DNA of 63,614 nucleotides, filler included, from Sphacelaria rigidula (lineage: Eukaryota), in the NCBI GenBank assembly GCA_964200075.2. It is 6 parts of 6 records of this genome, joined end to end, with 100 filler letters (N's around TTAATTAATTAA, not from the genome) between each part and the next. Parts side by side here need not be neighbours in the genome. Positions count along the whole stretch, not along the records: positions 21,241 to 31,760 come from CAXNAA020006348.1; positions 31,861 to 42,378 come from CAXNAA020006349.1; 4 more parts are not named here. One strand, given 5' to 3'. The notes under the pieces were generated by a model, which did no database searches, was not told where the DNA came from, and saw nothing but the letters and a program-made list of their open reading frames with translations. Positions 23,571-36,260 of this stretch are shown here, piece after piece. The position numbers and the translations under genes were made by a program. Each line of letters starts with the position of its first letter. The stretch's first letter is position 1.

Positions 23571-26104
23571 TTGCGCAAACACATTATTGCTATCAAAGTG
23601 GTACATGAACGTTAGTTTCTGAAGTGGTTTTAGGGATTCCCGACAGCATATTTTTTGTTTTCTTCATCCAACATCACGGGAATGAGAGTCGGCGACAAAA
23701 GTCCGTGACATTCGACAGATTACGGGGGTGAAATCTTCCCCAGGTGTTGATCATGGAGTGCAGAGCATGTGCCGTGGGATAACTGAGTTCATTCTCGGAG
23801 ACTAGCGACTTTTTGGTTGTAAGGAAATGGGGCGACAAGACGTTCAATGTATACCTGGAAGTACATACAGATATGTGTGTGGATACCAGTGCAACCTAAT
23901 AAAGGGGTAAATAACGCTTCGTGAAGGTCAAGGACTCATCCCCTGTTCACATCCGCCAGACACCATGAAATGGTTATGGCTCCCTGCTGATTGATCACAA
24001 GCCCCGGGGGTTCGAACCTCGCCTCGATCACCGCGATGGAGGAAAGAATTCGCAGAGTTGAGCGGGTAGCAAGCAGGCTGCAAAAATGATGGGGTAGGAG
24101 AAAGCTTTGTTCACCAGATCATTGACGAACTGGCGATTGTTGACTTGGGTACCCCCCCCCCACACGCGCGAGAGACGTTTGAAAACAAGAGCTGCAAATG
24201 TGTTGTCACCTCTAGCCGGCGTGAACAGACAACCTATCTCAAACTCTTCTCGTCTACGAAGCTACAAAGAGGCTCATGCAGGGGGTGGGGTAGAGGGGTG
24301 TACTCGTGACCTTGCGTGCCATAGTCGAGAGACCATTGGCTCCCGAATCCTGACGAAGCCGGGACGGAGCTTGTCGGGTTTCCGCCGGACCAGGCTCGCA
24401 GTCACCAGGCGTTAACCGCTTTGATGTGTGCGGCGAGTCGCATGAGGAGTGATACGCATCCTGTGAAGATTCCCCTGCCTGAGACGTGCCCATGATCTTG
24501 CATATGGATGACAGCCTCGAACGAGATGCTTTATTTTTTGGTGTCACTGCCCCCTCCGGTGTGTGTGTGTGTGGATACTAACTACCGTTCGAAAGGGGTA
24601 AGTTGCCTCAAGGGTTGTCGAAGACTTGTCACCGTTTCACAGTGATTGGCCAAATGGTTGGTTGATGAAGTGCTACACATTGAGTGATTGGCGAGGGACC
24701 TCGTCGTGGTCATTGTCCACGAAGTAGACATACCCATGAGGGACCAGGACGGAAAGGCTAGCTACACAGGAACTTGGGATACACGGAAGGATGGAACAGA
24801 CGGAGTTAACCAAAGACCAAAATAAGAAGAAAAACAGGAGACGAGAAGAGGATGGAGAAGAAAAGGGACAGAACAGGAAATAACGACTTGGCAAACTAAA
24901 CAAAAACGACCCAGACGAAAAATACATTCAACAGAACAAGATCAGAAATGCCTTGCTCTTGTTGCATGACTTGGGGTGGCAAGAAAGACCGCGCGCAAAA
25001 AAAAGCGCATGAAGCCATACACAAGCGAAAAAGGCCGTGGGAAAAGATTGCAGCTCCGCTACCTCGGACCACACCAGTTGGGCATAAGCTCTCACCCGTA
25101 AGCTATACGGAAGCAGAGCACCAAACAATTGGCGCTAACACTTGGAGGAAAGAAACAGCAAGATATGGAGAGTGAAGGAGAGAACAGAGAGGGAGAAGGA
25201 TACGGAGGCGACGAGACCCGAGGACGAAGTATGGGCATGCACAAAAGGACAGCCAGAAAGACCTCAAGGTCACACGCCAAGCCGACGTATGTTTCGTTTA
25301 TGTGCATACTGCACGACGGTACGGTAGACACTTGTATTCCTATCCATCCGCATCCTGTCTCCTAACTCTACCCCCTGTATGCTGTGCTGCAACGATGACT
25401 TGTATCTCCTTTTTTGTTGTTGTTTCATTTTGATGTCAGGTGATCGACCTGGGGATGTCGTGCCAGCCGGAGCCGGAGGAAGAGACAGAGGTCACGGTGC
25501 TGTGTCTGCGAAGCGCCTCGCAGGACGTCCGCATTGTGGGTCACTAATCAGTTCCATTACCTATGTCTCACTTGTGCTTGTGTGTCATGTGACCCATAAC
25601 CGTCCATTTCTTCCGCGCCATTGCTGCGCGACTTATTTTTTTATTTTTCACCCGTGCGAGCTATGTACGATGCGTGAGAAAGTATTGTCATGTTCCGCCA
25701 TCGTTAGCTCTGTGCAACATTTGGATTGTGCAACTCAGCACGAAGGGCCTTAGAACAGCCTTCCTGCTCGCGGACGTACGTAACAGTGGCTGTGTGTGTG
25801 TGAGTGCGTTTTGTTGCACTGCGAGCATATTTCGTACCCTACGGCGGATGGCGTTGTTGCCCGGTTTGAGTGGCGGTGCATGTCTGATGACAATAAAATT
25901 GAAATATGCAGGAACGAGCAGACCACACCGTCATTTTTTTTTCCTTCTTTTGTGCCCTCTGTGGCTTGTCCCTGGGCATCATTTGCGAAAATTCTGAAGG
26001 GAGGCTTATGCTGTACCCACATGGTTTGGCAAACTGGAGAATATTCAGAATCACGTCATCCTAAGCCCATCTGATTTCCTAGCACCAAGAAGTTTCTCTA
26101 CATG

Positions 26105-28061
26105 GTAGGGAAGATGGGTGCACCCATTCGACGAGGAGCATATCGTGCGGCGCAATGATGAACAAAATGAGGTACACGTTGTCAACTCTGCAGGGTCCTT
26201 CCTGCCGCCTTCGAGCAGCTACTTGAAGCCCTTGATCCTTCCTTGTTGTTGTATTATTATCATCAGGGGCGAGTCCTTCTCTGCCGTGATTTACGTTGGA
26301 ATCGACCTTTTGCTATGTCTTGAGAGTCCCACTTTGTTTCTGTCGTTTTGTCTTGCCTCGTTTAATTATTGATATTATTTCAATAACTTTTTTTTTTTCC
26401 CTTTCCTTTTGTCCGGTTTCCGTTCGGGTGTAAAGCTGTGGAAACGGTTTCACACTGCGCTGGCCTGGGTACTCGAAGAGGCGGAAAGCGGTCGTCTCTT
26501 CGATGGCGTCGATCCTGCAGTGGTGCGAGAGTGCCTCGACGAGTTCAAAAGCTCCTACTCCAGCCGTCATTCCGAGATTGTTGCCTTCCTAGCCGATGCG
26601 GAGGAGCTGTTGGGGATCTACGGCCTCCATGTGCCGAACCTTAGCATCCCGCCGGAGCACACCTTTGACACGTAAGTTGTTCTCTGTTGTGTTGTTTCCG
26701 CATAGGTGACGATGCCTAGCTAGGAGCTTGAACTAACGCCGAATGTGGATGCTGTTTGTTATGAGCAGGAAAGCCTGTCTGACATGTTGCCACCGTCGAT
26801 CTCGCAGGGTTTTTCGAAGGTTGTTCATGCTCCTTGTTCTTTTGCTTTTACTCCTGTGTCCCTCGAAAGTGATCGAGGCGCATGCAGCGGTGAAGCTGCA
26901 ACAAGGGTCTCACCTCATGAGGCAGGGGCGTTTTTGCTTGGTCGTCGTGCTGCTTGTCTACGCGTCTGCTGCTGGACATGAGCTCTTCGATATTTTTGAG
27001 TTTTCCACCACTAGGCGCGTGCGATATGTTGAAGGTCCTCACAACGCTTGGAAATCTAGCCGGATCTTGAGTTTTTCTTTTTCGTACATGTACAAATGGT
27101 ATTATGTACGTGAGATGACTTGGTTTGTGCACCGCTCGGCCGCGTTTATTCGTGCAGAGTGTCGTCGGAGGCGGAGTCACCCAGTTCCGCCGATGGGTCT
27201 ACGACGTCCGATGAGGACGAAGCGGAACCAACGCCCGATTCCGGTGACGCAAAAAGTGGTCTAGAAGATGACGTGGATGATGACGATGACAGTGCTGATG
27301 TGAGTGATGAGGACGGTGATGGTGATAGCGATGATGATGGTGAAGATGACGATGACACCGATGCCGACAATGTTGAAGGAGCTGAAGATGAGCAAGGAAC
27401 GGCAGCACCGGCGAAGCCACAAACCAACGACGCAGTCACGCAGGCACCTCGTCCTCTCGACACCACCTCCACCACTACCGTCACCGCCAGTGACCCGTCA
27501 CCATCGACCCCGACAGCGACAGGTACAGCACGGACAGCTCAAAGTGACACCACACGAGACGGCACCACGCCGGTGGGCCACACGCGCACGACCTCTAGGA
27601 AAACAAGAACCCGCTCATCATCATCCCCGTCGTCATCGTCAACCCGCCCCCCGAAAAAAGTAAAAGCAGCCTCACCCAAGGCAGCAGCGACCTCAAAACC
27701 CGCTGCCTCCGGAACCACCACTGCTACCACCTCTTCCTTCAAAACAAGCCGGACGGCAGTGACTGCTGCATCGGGAGCAGGGAAACCCGCCGCAACGAGC
27801 CACGAGCGACGATCAACGGGCACGCACACTTCGGTTAGCAGCGCTGCGGCTAGGGCTAGGGCGTTAGGGCAGATGCGGGCGGCGGAGACGGGGCGGGGGG
27901 GTAAGGTGGCGGGTGCGGCGGAGAAGGGGGCTGGCGACGAGGAGGAAAAAGATAGTTGTGAGGAGGGTGAGGTGGAGGATGTGGGTGATTTGACGTACTT
28001 TGATGATGCTACGCAGGCGGAGGGGACGGATGGCACAGACGGGGAGTGGGACGGCCGTTGA
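26105..28061 (+). pseudogene. Unknown multi-segment coding region ending in an acidic, then Ser/Thr/Ala-rich low-complexity exon; probably disrupted
   Basis: Helical protein-like segment LWKRFHTALAWVLEEAESGRLFDGVDPAVVRECLDEFK (26435-26671) ending at donor |GTAAGT. Acceptor GTGCAG| near 27157 opens the 300-aa low-complexity frame, which stops at 28061. No clean spliced model could be built. Confidence 0.35.
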
Positions 28062-29149
28062 CGTGTTCTGTGGTGGGTTAGGGTGGGGACGGGGGGTAGA
28101 TTGGTGTTGTTCACGGAAGAGTGGGTAGGTGCCGTGCGGTGTTCGAATTTGTACGAGGCGTTCGTGTGTGTGGGTGTGTTTGTGTATTTTTTTGGTTGGT
28201 TGATCTTCTGCTATTCGCTTTAGGAGTGAAGTTTTTTTATTTATTTATTTTTTCTCTTGTGAGAGTTGTTAGAAAAGAGTTGCGAATTGTAGGAGTGTTG
28301 TGGGGACGGGTGCACGAGTAAGCGAATGTACGAGCAATTATATTTTGGTTCCCGTTTTTATCATATGGTTCGCTGGGTGCGTGGATGCATGTGGGTGCGT
28401 AATTGTGTCGCTGGGAAGAGAAATGTAGCCCCCACTTGGTACCCACGCTCTTCTCGGCAACTCCCCGTTGGCGGCTGTGCCTTTGTGACACCCAGGGACG
28501 TTGCGTTATAGAGAGCTCAGATTGCGGCGTATTTCCGCGGGTCAACCACAATGTGCGCGGTTTGTTTTTTGTCGTTGTATGAGGGTGAAGGCAGCATCGG
28601 AGAAGTCTTGCGCAATTTCGAAGAGCATCTCACTCACACAACCACACTCGCGTTTGTTCTTCTTGCCCGACAAAATAAATGTACATGGTAGATTGTATGC
28701 GACAGGTGTGGAGTTGGATCGGGAGTAGGGTTAGGTGAAACATATGGATTCCCGTTTTTTCCGAGCCAGATTCTTCGCTGTTAGACAGAAGCAAATCGCT
28801 TCATCCGCGAGCATGTGCAGGTGCACGGAAGAGTAGGCTTAGTGGTTCTTGCTTTTGCGGAGAACGTGACCATCCAACAACGAATGATATTGTGTGGGCG
28901 CACTGACGTGCGGGAGGCGCGGAGTCAAGGCCTTTCCGAGACTACTATTGTTTCTTATGGTCAAAAGTGCAGGCGCAACTTTGGTGTGCGCTTCAGTTCA
29001 AGTGTGCGATGAAAATGTTTTCGCAACCGTATCGGCGCTGTTTGGGTTAAACTCGCACGTGCTGTATCTAGTTTATCAGTTGTTTGCTGTGCACAGGCGG
29101 TCTTAACGACTTTCGAGATTTCGCTTCTTGGAACAGTGTTGAACGCCGC

Positions 29150-29280
29150 GCCGCATTTCCTTCAACTTCCCTGTACAATGTGTCAGGTGGCATCGAAACT
29201 CCGTTTGAAACGCCTGAACGTCGCAGAACAAATCCTTCAACTTCGTGGTACAGTGTATCAGGTGGCATCGAAGTTCCGCT
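29150..29280. repeat. Tandem duplication with period about 75 bp
   Basis: TCCTTCAACTTC..GTACA.TGT.TCAGGTGGCATCGAA..TCCG occurs twice. Confidence 0.7.
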
Positions 29281-29834
29281 ACTCCCGTGGGGAGACAAGC
29301 TCACAGTATTGCCACGTGCACGGAGAGCACGCTGTCGCACACACTTGCACTAGCGGCCACGCATGCAACGGAGAGACAGCGTTGCCGATTAAATGAAAAT
29401 CTCACATGAATATATATTGGAATCGGTTCAGGGTTTTGGGCGCGTGAAGAAAAATGTGTACCTGTAGCGTTTGTCATGCGCAAGACCTTGCAATATTTCT
29501 ACTCTTGTGATCAAAGGGGTCCTACAGTCTGCGCTACGTGAATGTTCTCGTTTGCGCTGCAAAATGTTCCATTTTCCAGTGGTACACTGAGTGGTACACT
29601 GGAGTCCTCTTGGAAAATAATGTGCCTTTCCCACCCACTCACCCCTCAGGCGTGACCCTCGTCATTTTTTTGTTTTCGCATCTTCTCTCTTCACTTGTGT
29701 CTGTGCCCCCGTACGACAACGACTACCGACAACCACCGCGTGGACGCTTGGCCTGGACCAAACCTCACTTCCTGTCGAGGTCGCTGTTGTCGTGGTTTTG
29801 CTGCCGAGCACATCCACTCTCATGAGTATTCAAG

Positions 29835-30537
29835 ACATGGGGATGGATTTTCCGTTGAGGATGAGAAACCCGCCGGAGAATGAAAACCTTCGTATCCACA
29901 CCAAATCTTTGATACATGGTGCATTTCTTCACTTTCTGGCAGCTATTAACAACTATTACACGCCACACAACTTAAGATCCTCATAACCGGGATGTTTGGG
30001 TCCTAGGTGAAGAACCAAATTTGGGGAATTTCGGCGATCTGATAGAATCATCGAAATTGCCCAAAATTGTTTTTCTTCATCTAGGATCCAAACTTGTATG
30101 GCGTGTAGTACACGGGTGGCCACTGGGGTCTGTAACCTGGCCATTTTGGGACCTTATCCACCTTTGGTAAGGTCCTCGGATTGGGTAGACAACTGAAGAG
30201 CATTCGCACAGCATGGACAGGATCGAAACAAAACATGTCCTAGTCTAAAGGCGGGTGACTCCCCTGTAGACTGGAACATCTTTTGTTTCGAACCTGTCCA
30301 TGCTGTGCGAATGCTCTTCAGTTGTCCACCTAATCCGCGAACCTTGCCAAATATGGAAAAGGTCCCAAAATGGCCAGGTTACAGACATCAGTGGCCACCC
30401 GTGTAGTTGTTAATAACTACCAGTAGATAAAGGAGTGGAACTATATTCCGAAGATTTGGTGTGGATACGAAGGTTTTCACTCTCCGCGTTTGTCATCCTC
30501 AATAAAAAATGCACCCTCAATTTGTAAAATGCCGTGT
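29835..30537. mobile_element. Fold-back MITE family C copy 1, interrupted by a Tc1/mariner-type MITE
   Basis: GAAAACCTTCGTATCCACACCAAATCTT pairs with AAGATTTGGTGTGGATACGAAGGTTTTC. Homologous to 31155-31597. Confidence 0.8.
30111..30403. mobile_element. Tc1/mariner-type palindromic MITE with TA target-site duplication
   Basis: TA|CACGGGTGGCCACTG...CAGTGGCCACCCGTG|TA. Nearly fully self-complementary. Removing it restores GGCGTGTAGTAGTTGTTAATA of the host arm. Confidence 0.85.
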
Positions 30538-31154
30538 TTACACCCGCAAAACAATAATTCCAACCCCTCGGTACTAACGTAAAGAAAACATTTGCGCCAG
30601 TTTGAGAGTGTCGCTGCTGATTGAGAGTGAGCTTTCACCACGAACACGTTGGTTTTCTATTCCTATTAATCGATGGTACACTGGCTTCTGAATGTCGGGT
30701 GTAGCGATCCCGATTCATCAGATCGTTTACTTTAGCGGTTAAAACGTTAATTCGGATGACGTTGAGGAACACGTATAGATTTAGAGTCGTGAGGTGTACG
30801 AGTGAAAGTAGATGGTGATCTGGTTTGAACTCACAATAATACAAGGGGGGTGAGGATACCAACAATAAAAGTATTCATCTCATGAATGCACCGCTGTATA
30901 CATCGAGCAGGTGACACTTTCTGCGATACCCCCCCCCAAAAAAACAACAACAACAACCTATAAGTGTCACGAAGAAAAGAGTCATACAGCGTCTGATGTT
31001 TGGTTTCAGGCTGTACATGAAGCGCCTAATATGAGCGACATGGGCGAAAACGAACCCAAGCGTGGGAATTTCCAGCTCCTCGCTGTGCTCTATTACCAAA
31101 AGTGATCCTGATTGACAAGTAATAGAGATCCTCCGGCCGCCAAAAGGTCAAAAT

Positions 31155-31597
31155 ACGGGATCTTACAAATAATTGGGGATGGATCTTTTATTGGGGATGA
31201 GAAAACCGGAGGATTAAAATCTTCGTATCCACACCAGATCTTGGAAATATGGTTCCATTTATTCACCTACTAATAGCTATTGACAACTGCTACACGCCAT
31301 AGAAATTTGGATTTCGCTCACCGAAATGTTGGGGTTCTTGTTGGAAAAACAACTGCGGAACAATTTCGGCCTCCGTTCGAACACCCGGAATTCCCCACAT
31401 TTGAATTCCCCACCTAGGGCCCCAACATTCCGGTGATCGAAATCCAAGTATCTATGGCGTGTAGCAGTTGTCAATAGCTATCAGTAGGTGAAGAAATGGA
31501 ACCATATTTCCAAGATTTGGTGTGGATACGAAGATTTTAATCCTCCGGGTTTCTCATCCCCAATAAAAGATCCATCCCCAATTTGTAAGATCCCGTG
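31155..31597. mobile_element. Fold-back MITE family C copy 2 (intact)
   Basis: Near-perfect arms of about 180 bp: ACGGGATCTTACAAAT...CCGAAATGTTGGGG / CCCCAACATTCCGG...ATTTGTAAGATCCCGT. Confidence 0.85.
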
Positions 31598-31760
31598 TTT
31601 CAACCCGCCGCTATTTCAAAGAACCGCATATCGATGTTTCTTCGCTGTTGAAATATTTGTGCTAGTTGTAGCTCTACCCTTTCTCCTATTAACAGCCGAT
31701 TTTATATTTTGGGGTTCAAACAAAATATGAGGCTGAAGTGGCATATCTCTCTTGCACGAA

Positions 31761-31860
31761 NNNNNNNNNNNNNNNNNNNNNNNNNNNNNNNNNNNNNNNN
31801 NNNNTTAATTAATTAANNNNNNNNNNNNNNNNNNNNNNNNNNNNNNNNNNNNNNNNNNNN
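31761..31860. other. Artificial contig linker
   Basis: N44-TTAATTAATTAA-N44. Confidence 0.98.
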
Positions 31861-31944
31861 GGTAGGTAATGCGAAAGGCATTTGCTGATGACACAATTTT
31901 GGGTGATGAGCGTGAACCAGCCTGTATCCCTTTATGTTCCTTCA

Positions 31945-32344
31945 GGCCGCCCCTTATAGCAGACACAAACATAAATCTAGAGAAGTACCTTTTTGGAGCT
32001 TCCAAGTCGTTTTACGTCCTAAAAAAGAGAGCTGGGCGGATTTTGACACCTTGAAATGACTTGCGCTACTCGTTGAGACGGTTCCAGCACACCTGTGTGT
32101 TTTTGCGCACTTGATCGGTCTCCGAGAAAATGAGCGATCTCCGAGAGAAATGTAAGTCTGGGCAAGTAAGAAACTGCGGTCACCGGAAAAACGCACAGGT
32201 GTGCTGGAACCGTCTCAACGAGTACCGCAAGTCATTGCAAGGTGTCACAATCCGCCCAGTTATCTTTCAGGGCGTAAAATGACTTAGAAGCTCCAAAAAA
32301 GCACTTCTCCAGATTTATATTTGTGTCTGCTATCAGGAGCGGCC
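31945..32344. mobile_element. 400-bp PIF/Harbinger-type fold-back MITE with 3-bp TCA target-site duplication
   Basis: TCA|GGCCGCCCCTTATAGCAGACACAAA...TTTGTGTCTGCTATCAGGAGCGGCC|TCA. Arms about 160 bp. Confidence 0.85.
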
Positions 32345-33016
32345 TCAGCGGTGCTTGCCTTTCTCACTATCGCGAGATACTGGGATGAAGAATGACCAGT
32401 GTAAAAAATGTGTGCCTGTTCTGCAAGCTCTTGGGAAATGTCCATTTACGTTTTCTGCGACCACGACTTGCATGAACCAGGCATGAAGTTTTCCTGCAGA
32501 TTTCGCCAGCATATTTATGATTACGTGCTCCATCGATTGTGCCAACATCACAGTACCTTGTCTTGGAGGGGTGGCATAAAACGTGAGACTAAATCAGGTG
32601 GAACACTGCGCTGCCTTCTGACTCAGTCCTGCGCCAATATATGTATATATATATTCGGAACAGAATGTTACCTCTTTTCACCTCGTCGCGCACCGCTGCA
32701 ACATGCAACCCGAGATCGAGGCACATGGGTTTGTTGACTGTGGTTTATATGACATGTGGTCGAAGTTTCAGCGGGTTGCAATGCCGACAGCGTGCGTACG
32801 ACCGGGCCCCCCAAACTTTCCACCACCACAGGCGATGTGTGGACAACTTTGGACAGATCATTATCCAGAGGGTATCCCAGTACAGGTCTATCGTTGCTTG
32901 TGAGCACAGCACTCCCCAGGTGCTCATCACGTGGAAGTGAATGCACCGGCGTGTCCGGATATGCATTCACTCACGGTGTACGACCTCTGGGCTGCGAGAT
33001 AGGGGTCTTGAGGGTG

Positions 33017-33293
33017 TGTGTGTTGTCGTCCCTTCTATTCTGGACGCCGGTCTATACCTTTCGGTATTAGTGGGCGCATTAGCCGGGGTCACACAGGAGG
33101 GAGGTCAACACAGGAGCTTATTTTTCATTTGTTTTTGGTACCCCACCTTCCTTCTGCGGTGCTTGCCTCTATTTTTTATCGCGAGAGGGGTGCAGCGGTC
33201 CCTTTCCCTCGTCGACCGTTGAGTCAATTTTTGTGTACCCACGACATTCGTAGTCGCTCTCCATTGCTTGGCATGGTGTGAAACGGGGCGACC
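33017..33293 (-). mobile_element. SINE family B copy 2 (most of the tRNA head deleted)
   Basis: Reverse complement matches 2898-2906 followed by about 2980-3245. Confidence 0.75.
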
Positions 33294-35116
33294 GGTTAGG
33301 GTGTATCGCCGGTATTTCCGAAGAACAAAAGTAATGGCTTTGTTCAACTTGCCTGCACGCCCGAACGTGCCACCGAGTGATGCACACCCTGTCTGTGTTG
33401 TGTCCAACTAGTGCACAAAGTTTCACGGTGGTGCCTCCATCCACGGTCGAGAAATTCATAAGCAAAGTTTCTATTCATTTACAAGCAAAGTTTCTATTAC
33501 AAAGCGCAATGATGTTTGCGTGTGGGTCAGGAGCGTGTATTCACAAATGTAGTGAGGGAATCCAGATATCTTGCTTTTTTTTTTTGGCGCAGGACCGGAC
33601 GGCGCTTCGAAAAGTTCGTTTGTTGCCTCGACGGAGAGGGAGGGGGAGGGGTATCGCTCTTGGGAGAAGAGTTTCAGGGTTCTTTGTACGCCGCAAAGCA
33701 AGCCCGCGCTCGCTTACAGGCCCTTTCCTAACCTTTCTTTACCATCCTACAGACAGTTCAGTTTCCAGCTGTCAAGTGCTTCCCTACACGAATAACTAAT
33801 AACTTGCTTCATTACAAATTTACCGCAGCCACCCGGCAGTCCAATCTGCGGGGAGTTTCCCAACGGAAATCTGCGGGTAGGGACAAATAGCCAGTATTTT
33901 TGCCACGAGTCAGTACAAGCAAGCACGAGAGAACATGGCAAAAATTCACGATTACACATTGCCTCCACCGCTGCCTTCTGTAGTGCGGAACATTTCTCGG
34001 TGTATCACACGGGGATACTGTTGTGGCAACCAAATTGGTGTGGGATGAGCAGCAGCTGCTGTAGGCCTGGGCTGGGCCGCAAGCTGAAACACTGAGAAAT
34101 GGAAACATCACACAAGCTGCTTCGCCAGAGAGTAGTCTCGGTTTCACGTACCTGTACCTTTCGCTCGTATTCGCTTCCTTACGCCAGAGAGAAGAGGTGT
34201 TGTTGACATCTCATCCTTGCCCCCCACCACAACTCGAAGACCCCTGCCCGTGGCCAGCGTAGGTTCAACAGCGATTTCCTTTTGAACGATGCTCAAACCA
34301 CAACGACTTTATTTTTCAGACAAAGGCGAAGCAAGAACAATTCATGCCCTTGAAGAGGAGAGAAGTGGAAATGATAGCTATACACGATGCGGTGTCGTGG
34401 TACAGCTGTGCTCTTTCAACCGGTGGTCTTGAAGACACGGCATGCCAAGTTGATGTCGGCGTAACTTCATCAGGCGACGGGAACCGACAAGATCGAGTGT
34501 GACGATCGGAGTGTCGTTGCACTCAACCATGATCCATTCGCGTTGCCATCTCACAAGCTCATCCTCTGGGTTCCTGGGAGGTCGATAAGGACAAGTTAGG
34601 AAAGTGACGTCCAGGTGTACAAGACGCTCAAGATCCCTATCTGCTGATAACTGCACTCAACATCAAAAGCTGTAGTAATCCAAGCTTGAGACACGAAAAC
34701 AGAAGAGTCCCCTCTTTTCGGTGTGTGCGAGTTTGAAATACTTCTTGCACCGTCGCTCGCTGTCGATAAGGGAGCACCCACACCTGGCCCGTTGCGCATG
34801 CGCGGTCGTGCATCGGCACCATACTACGTTGGTGTGCTGCACATCTCAACGCTCCTTGCTGTCGTGCCCAACAAAAATTGAGGGCACGAGCGTCCTCTGC
34901 ATTGAAGAGCTTACCGTTAGGTACTGGAGCACACTTTGCGGTACGATACGGTACTGTGCTATCCACACCCCAGGCGACTGCAACCTGTCAAGCAAACAAG
35001 AACAAGCGGGACAGTGGGACAGGACTCTGGGGGAGGGGAGGGGGGGCGGGGGTACGTCTTCACAGCAGCAGGAAAAACGAGTAATATAGTATAGGGGGGA
35101 ATTCGCGGAAAGTATC

Positions 35117-35815
35117 ATGGCAACACGAGGAGTGCGAGCAAAACAACGGCAACAGCTACCGCAGCCGCCGAGAACACCAAAAAGGAAACCAGCTCGAGTG
35201 TCCGCAACCACTCCAGCTGCAGGCGCAGCAACACCGAGCAACACTAACTTATGGGAGACCATGCTGCGAGACGCTATGCGCCGAAATCGTCTCCCAGACG
35301 GCACCCTTGTATTCGTCGGCCCTCAGGGCTGCGGTAAATCTTCACTGCTCGACACTTTCCTGGAAGGCTCTTTCCTCTCGACATCCCTCGCGAACCCGTC
35401 CGGTGGCGCAGCCGCCGCCGCGACCGCCGCGACGGTCGCCGCAACAGCGCCGGCGGCCGCCGGAGATTCTGGTCCAGAGAGCGGCGCCGGAGCGGGGATC
35501 AGCGGCAGTATCGGTGGTGGCAGCGCTGTGGGTGGAGGCGCAGGCAGCGCGGGTGATGGGCAACAACAGCAAGCGGCGACTGCGCTCGGCTTTCATCCCG
35601 TGCTGGCGTACTCGTACCTGGACGCCACGGACCCCGGCGAGCAGGGTCCGGAGAGGGACGACTCGCCCCCCAGGGTAAACGTCTGGTGCTGCAGCGAACT
35701 CGAGTTCGAGGGTTTACTGCAGACGGTTTTAAGGCCAGCTGCGCTCGGCCATATTTGCGTTGTCGTTGGCGTGGATTTGTCCAGACCGTGGGAAATCATG
35801 GAAGTCCTTGAGAAG
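35117..35815 (+). CDS. DYNC1LI: Cytoplasmic dynein-1 light intermediate chain, exon 1
   Basis: NLWETML, P-loop GPQGCGKSS, LAYSYLD, VNVW and VDLSRPWEIMEVLEK motifs. Donor AAG|GCGAGT (GC-AG intron). Confidence 0.9.
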
Positions 35816-36260
35816 GCGAGTTGTGTGTGTGTAGGGGGGGGCAGGAGGGGGATGGGCGCTTGGGAGTTATACGCGATTGTTGACCAATGCTGGTATCGTT
35901 GTGTATGGCATTCCTTCTTACCGCCTTTCAGCTGCCAAGTTTTGAAGGTTTGATAGCATATTTCCTCCGTTCGAGCGACATTGTCGCGGAACCATACTGG
36001 GTGTTTCCGCGCCGTTAAACCTCGCTGCACTGTTGGGGAAGTTGTGGTGAAGAGCTGTACCCTCCAGTAGAAATCCGTACCTACGTCCCCTAGTTGATAC
36101 CGTGTTCACGTTGTCTATTCAGCTATACTTGACCTGCTCATCAATATTGCGGACTTGACTACCTCGTGCTGCATCGACGGCGGTTCCATGTCAAATGTTC
36201 CACCAACACATCGTATGTATCCAACCATTACGCCGCACGTGACGAACGCCGACGCCTCAG

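Noticed and set aside
27146..28114. Minus-strand Ser/Ala-rich ORFs
   Set aside because: Antisense shadows of the plus-strand low-complexity frame.
35816..35953. C-terminal part of the 278-aa ORF (ASCVCVGGG...)
   Set aside because: Read-through into the GC-AG intron; dynein LIC homology resumes at 36261.
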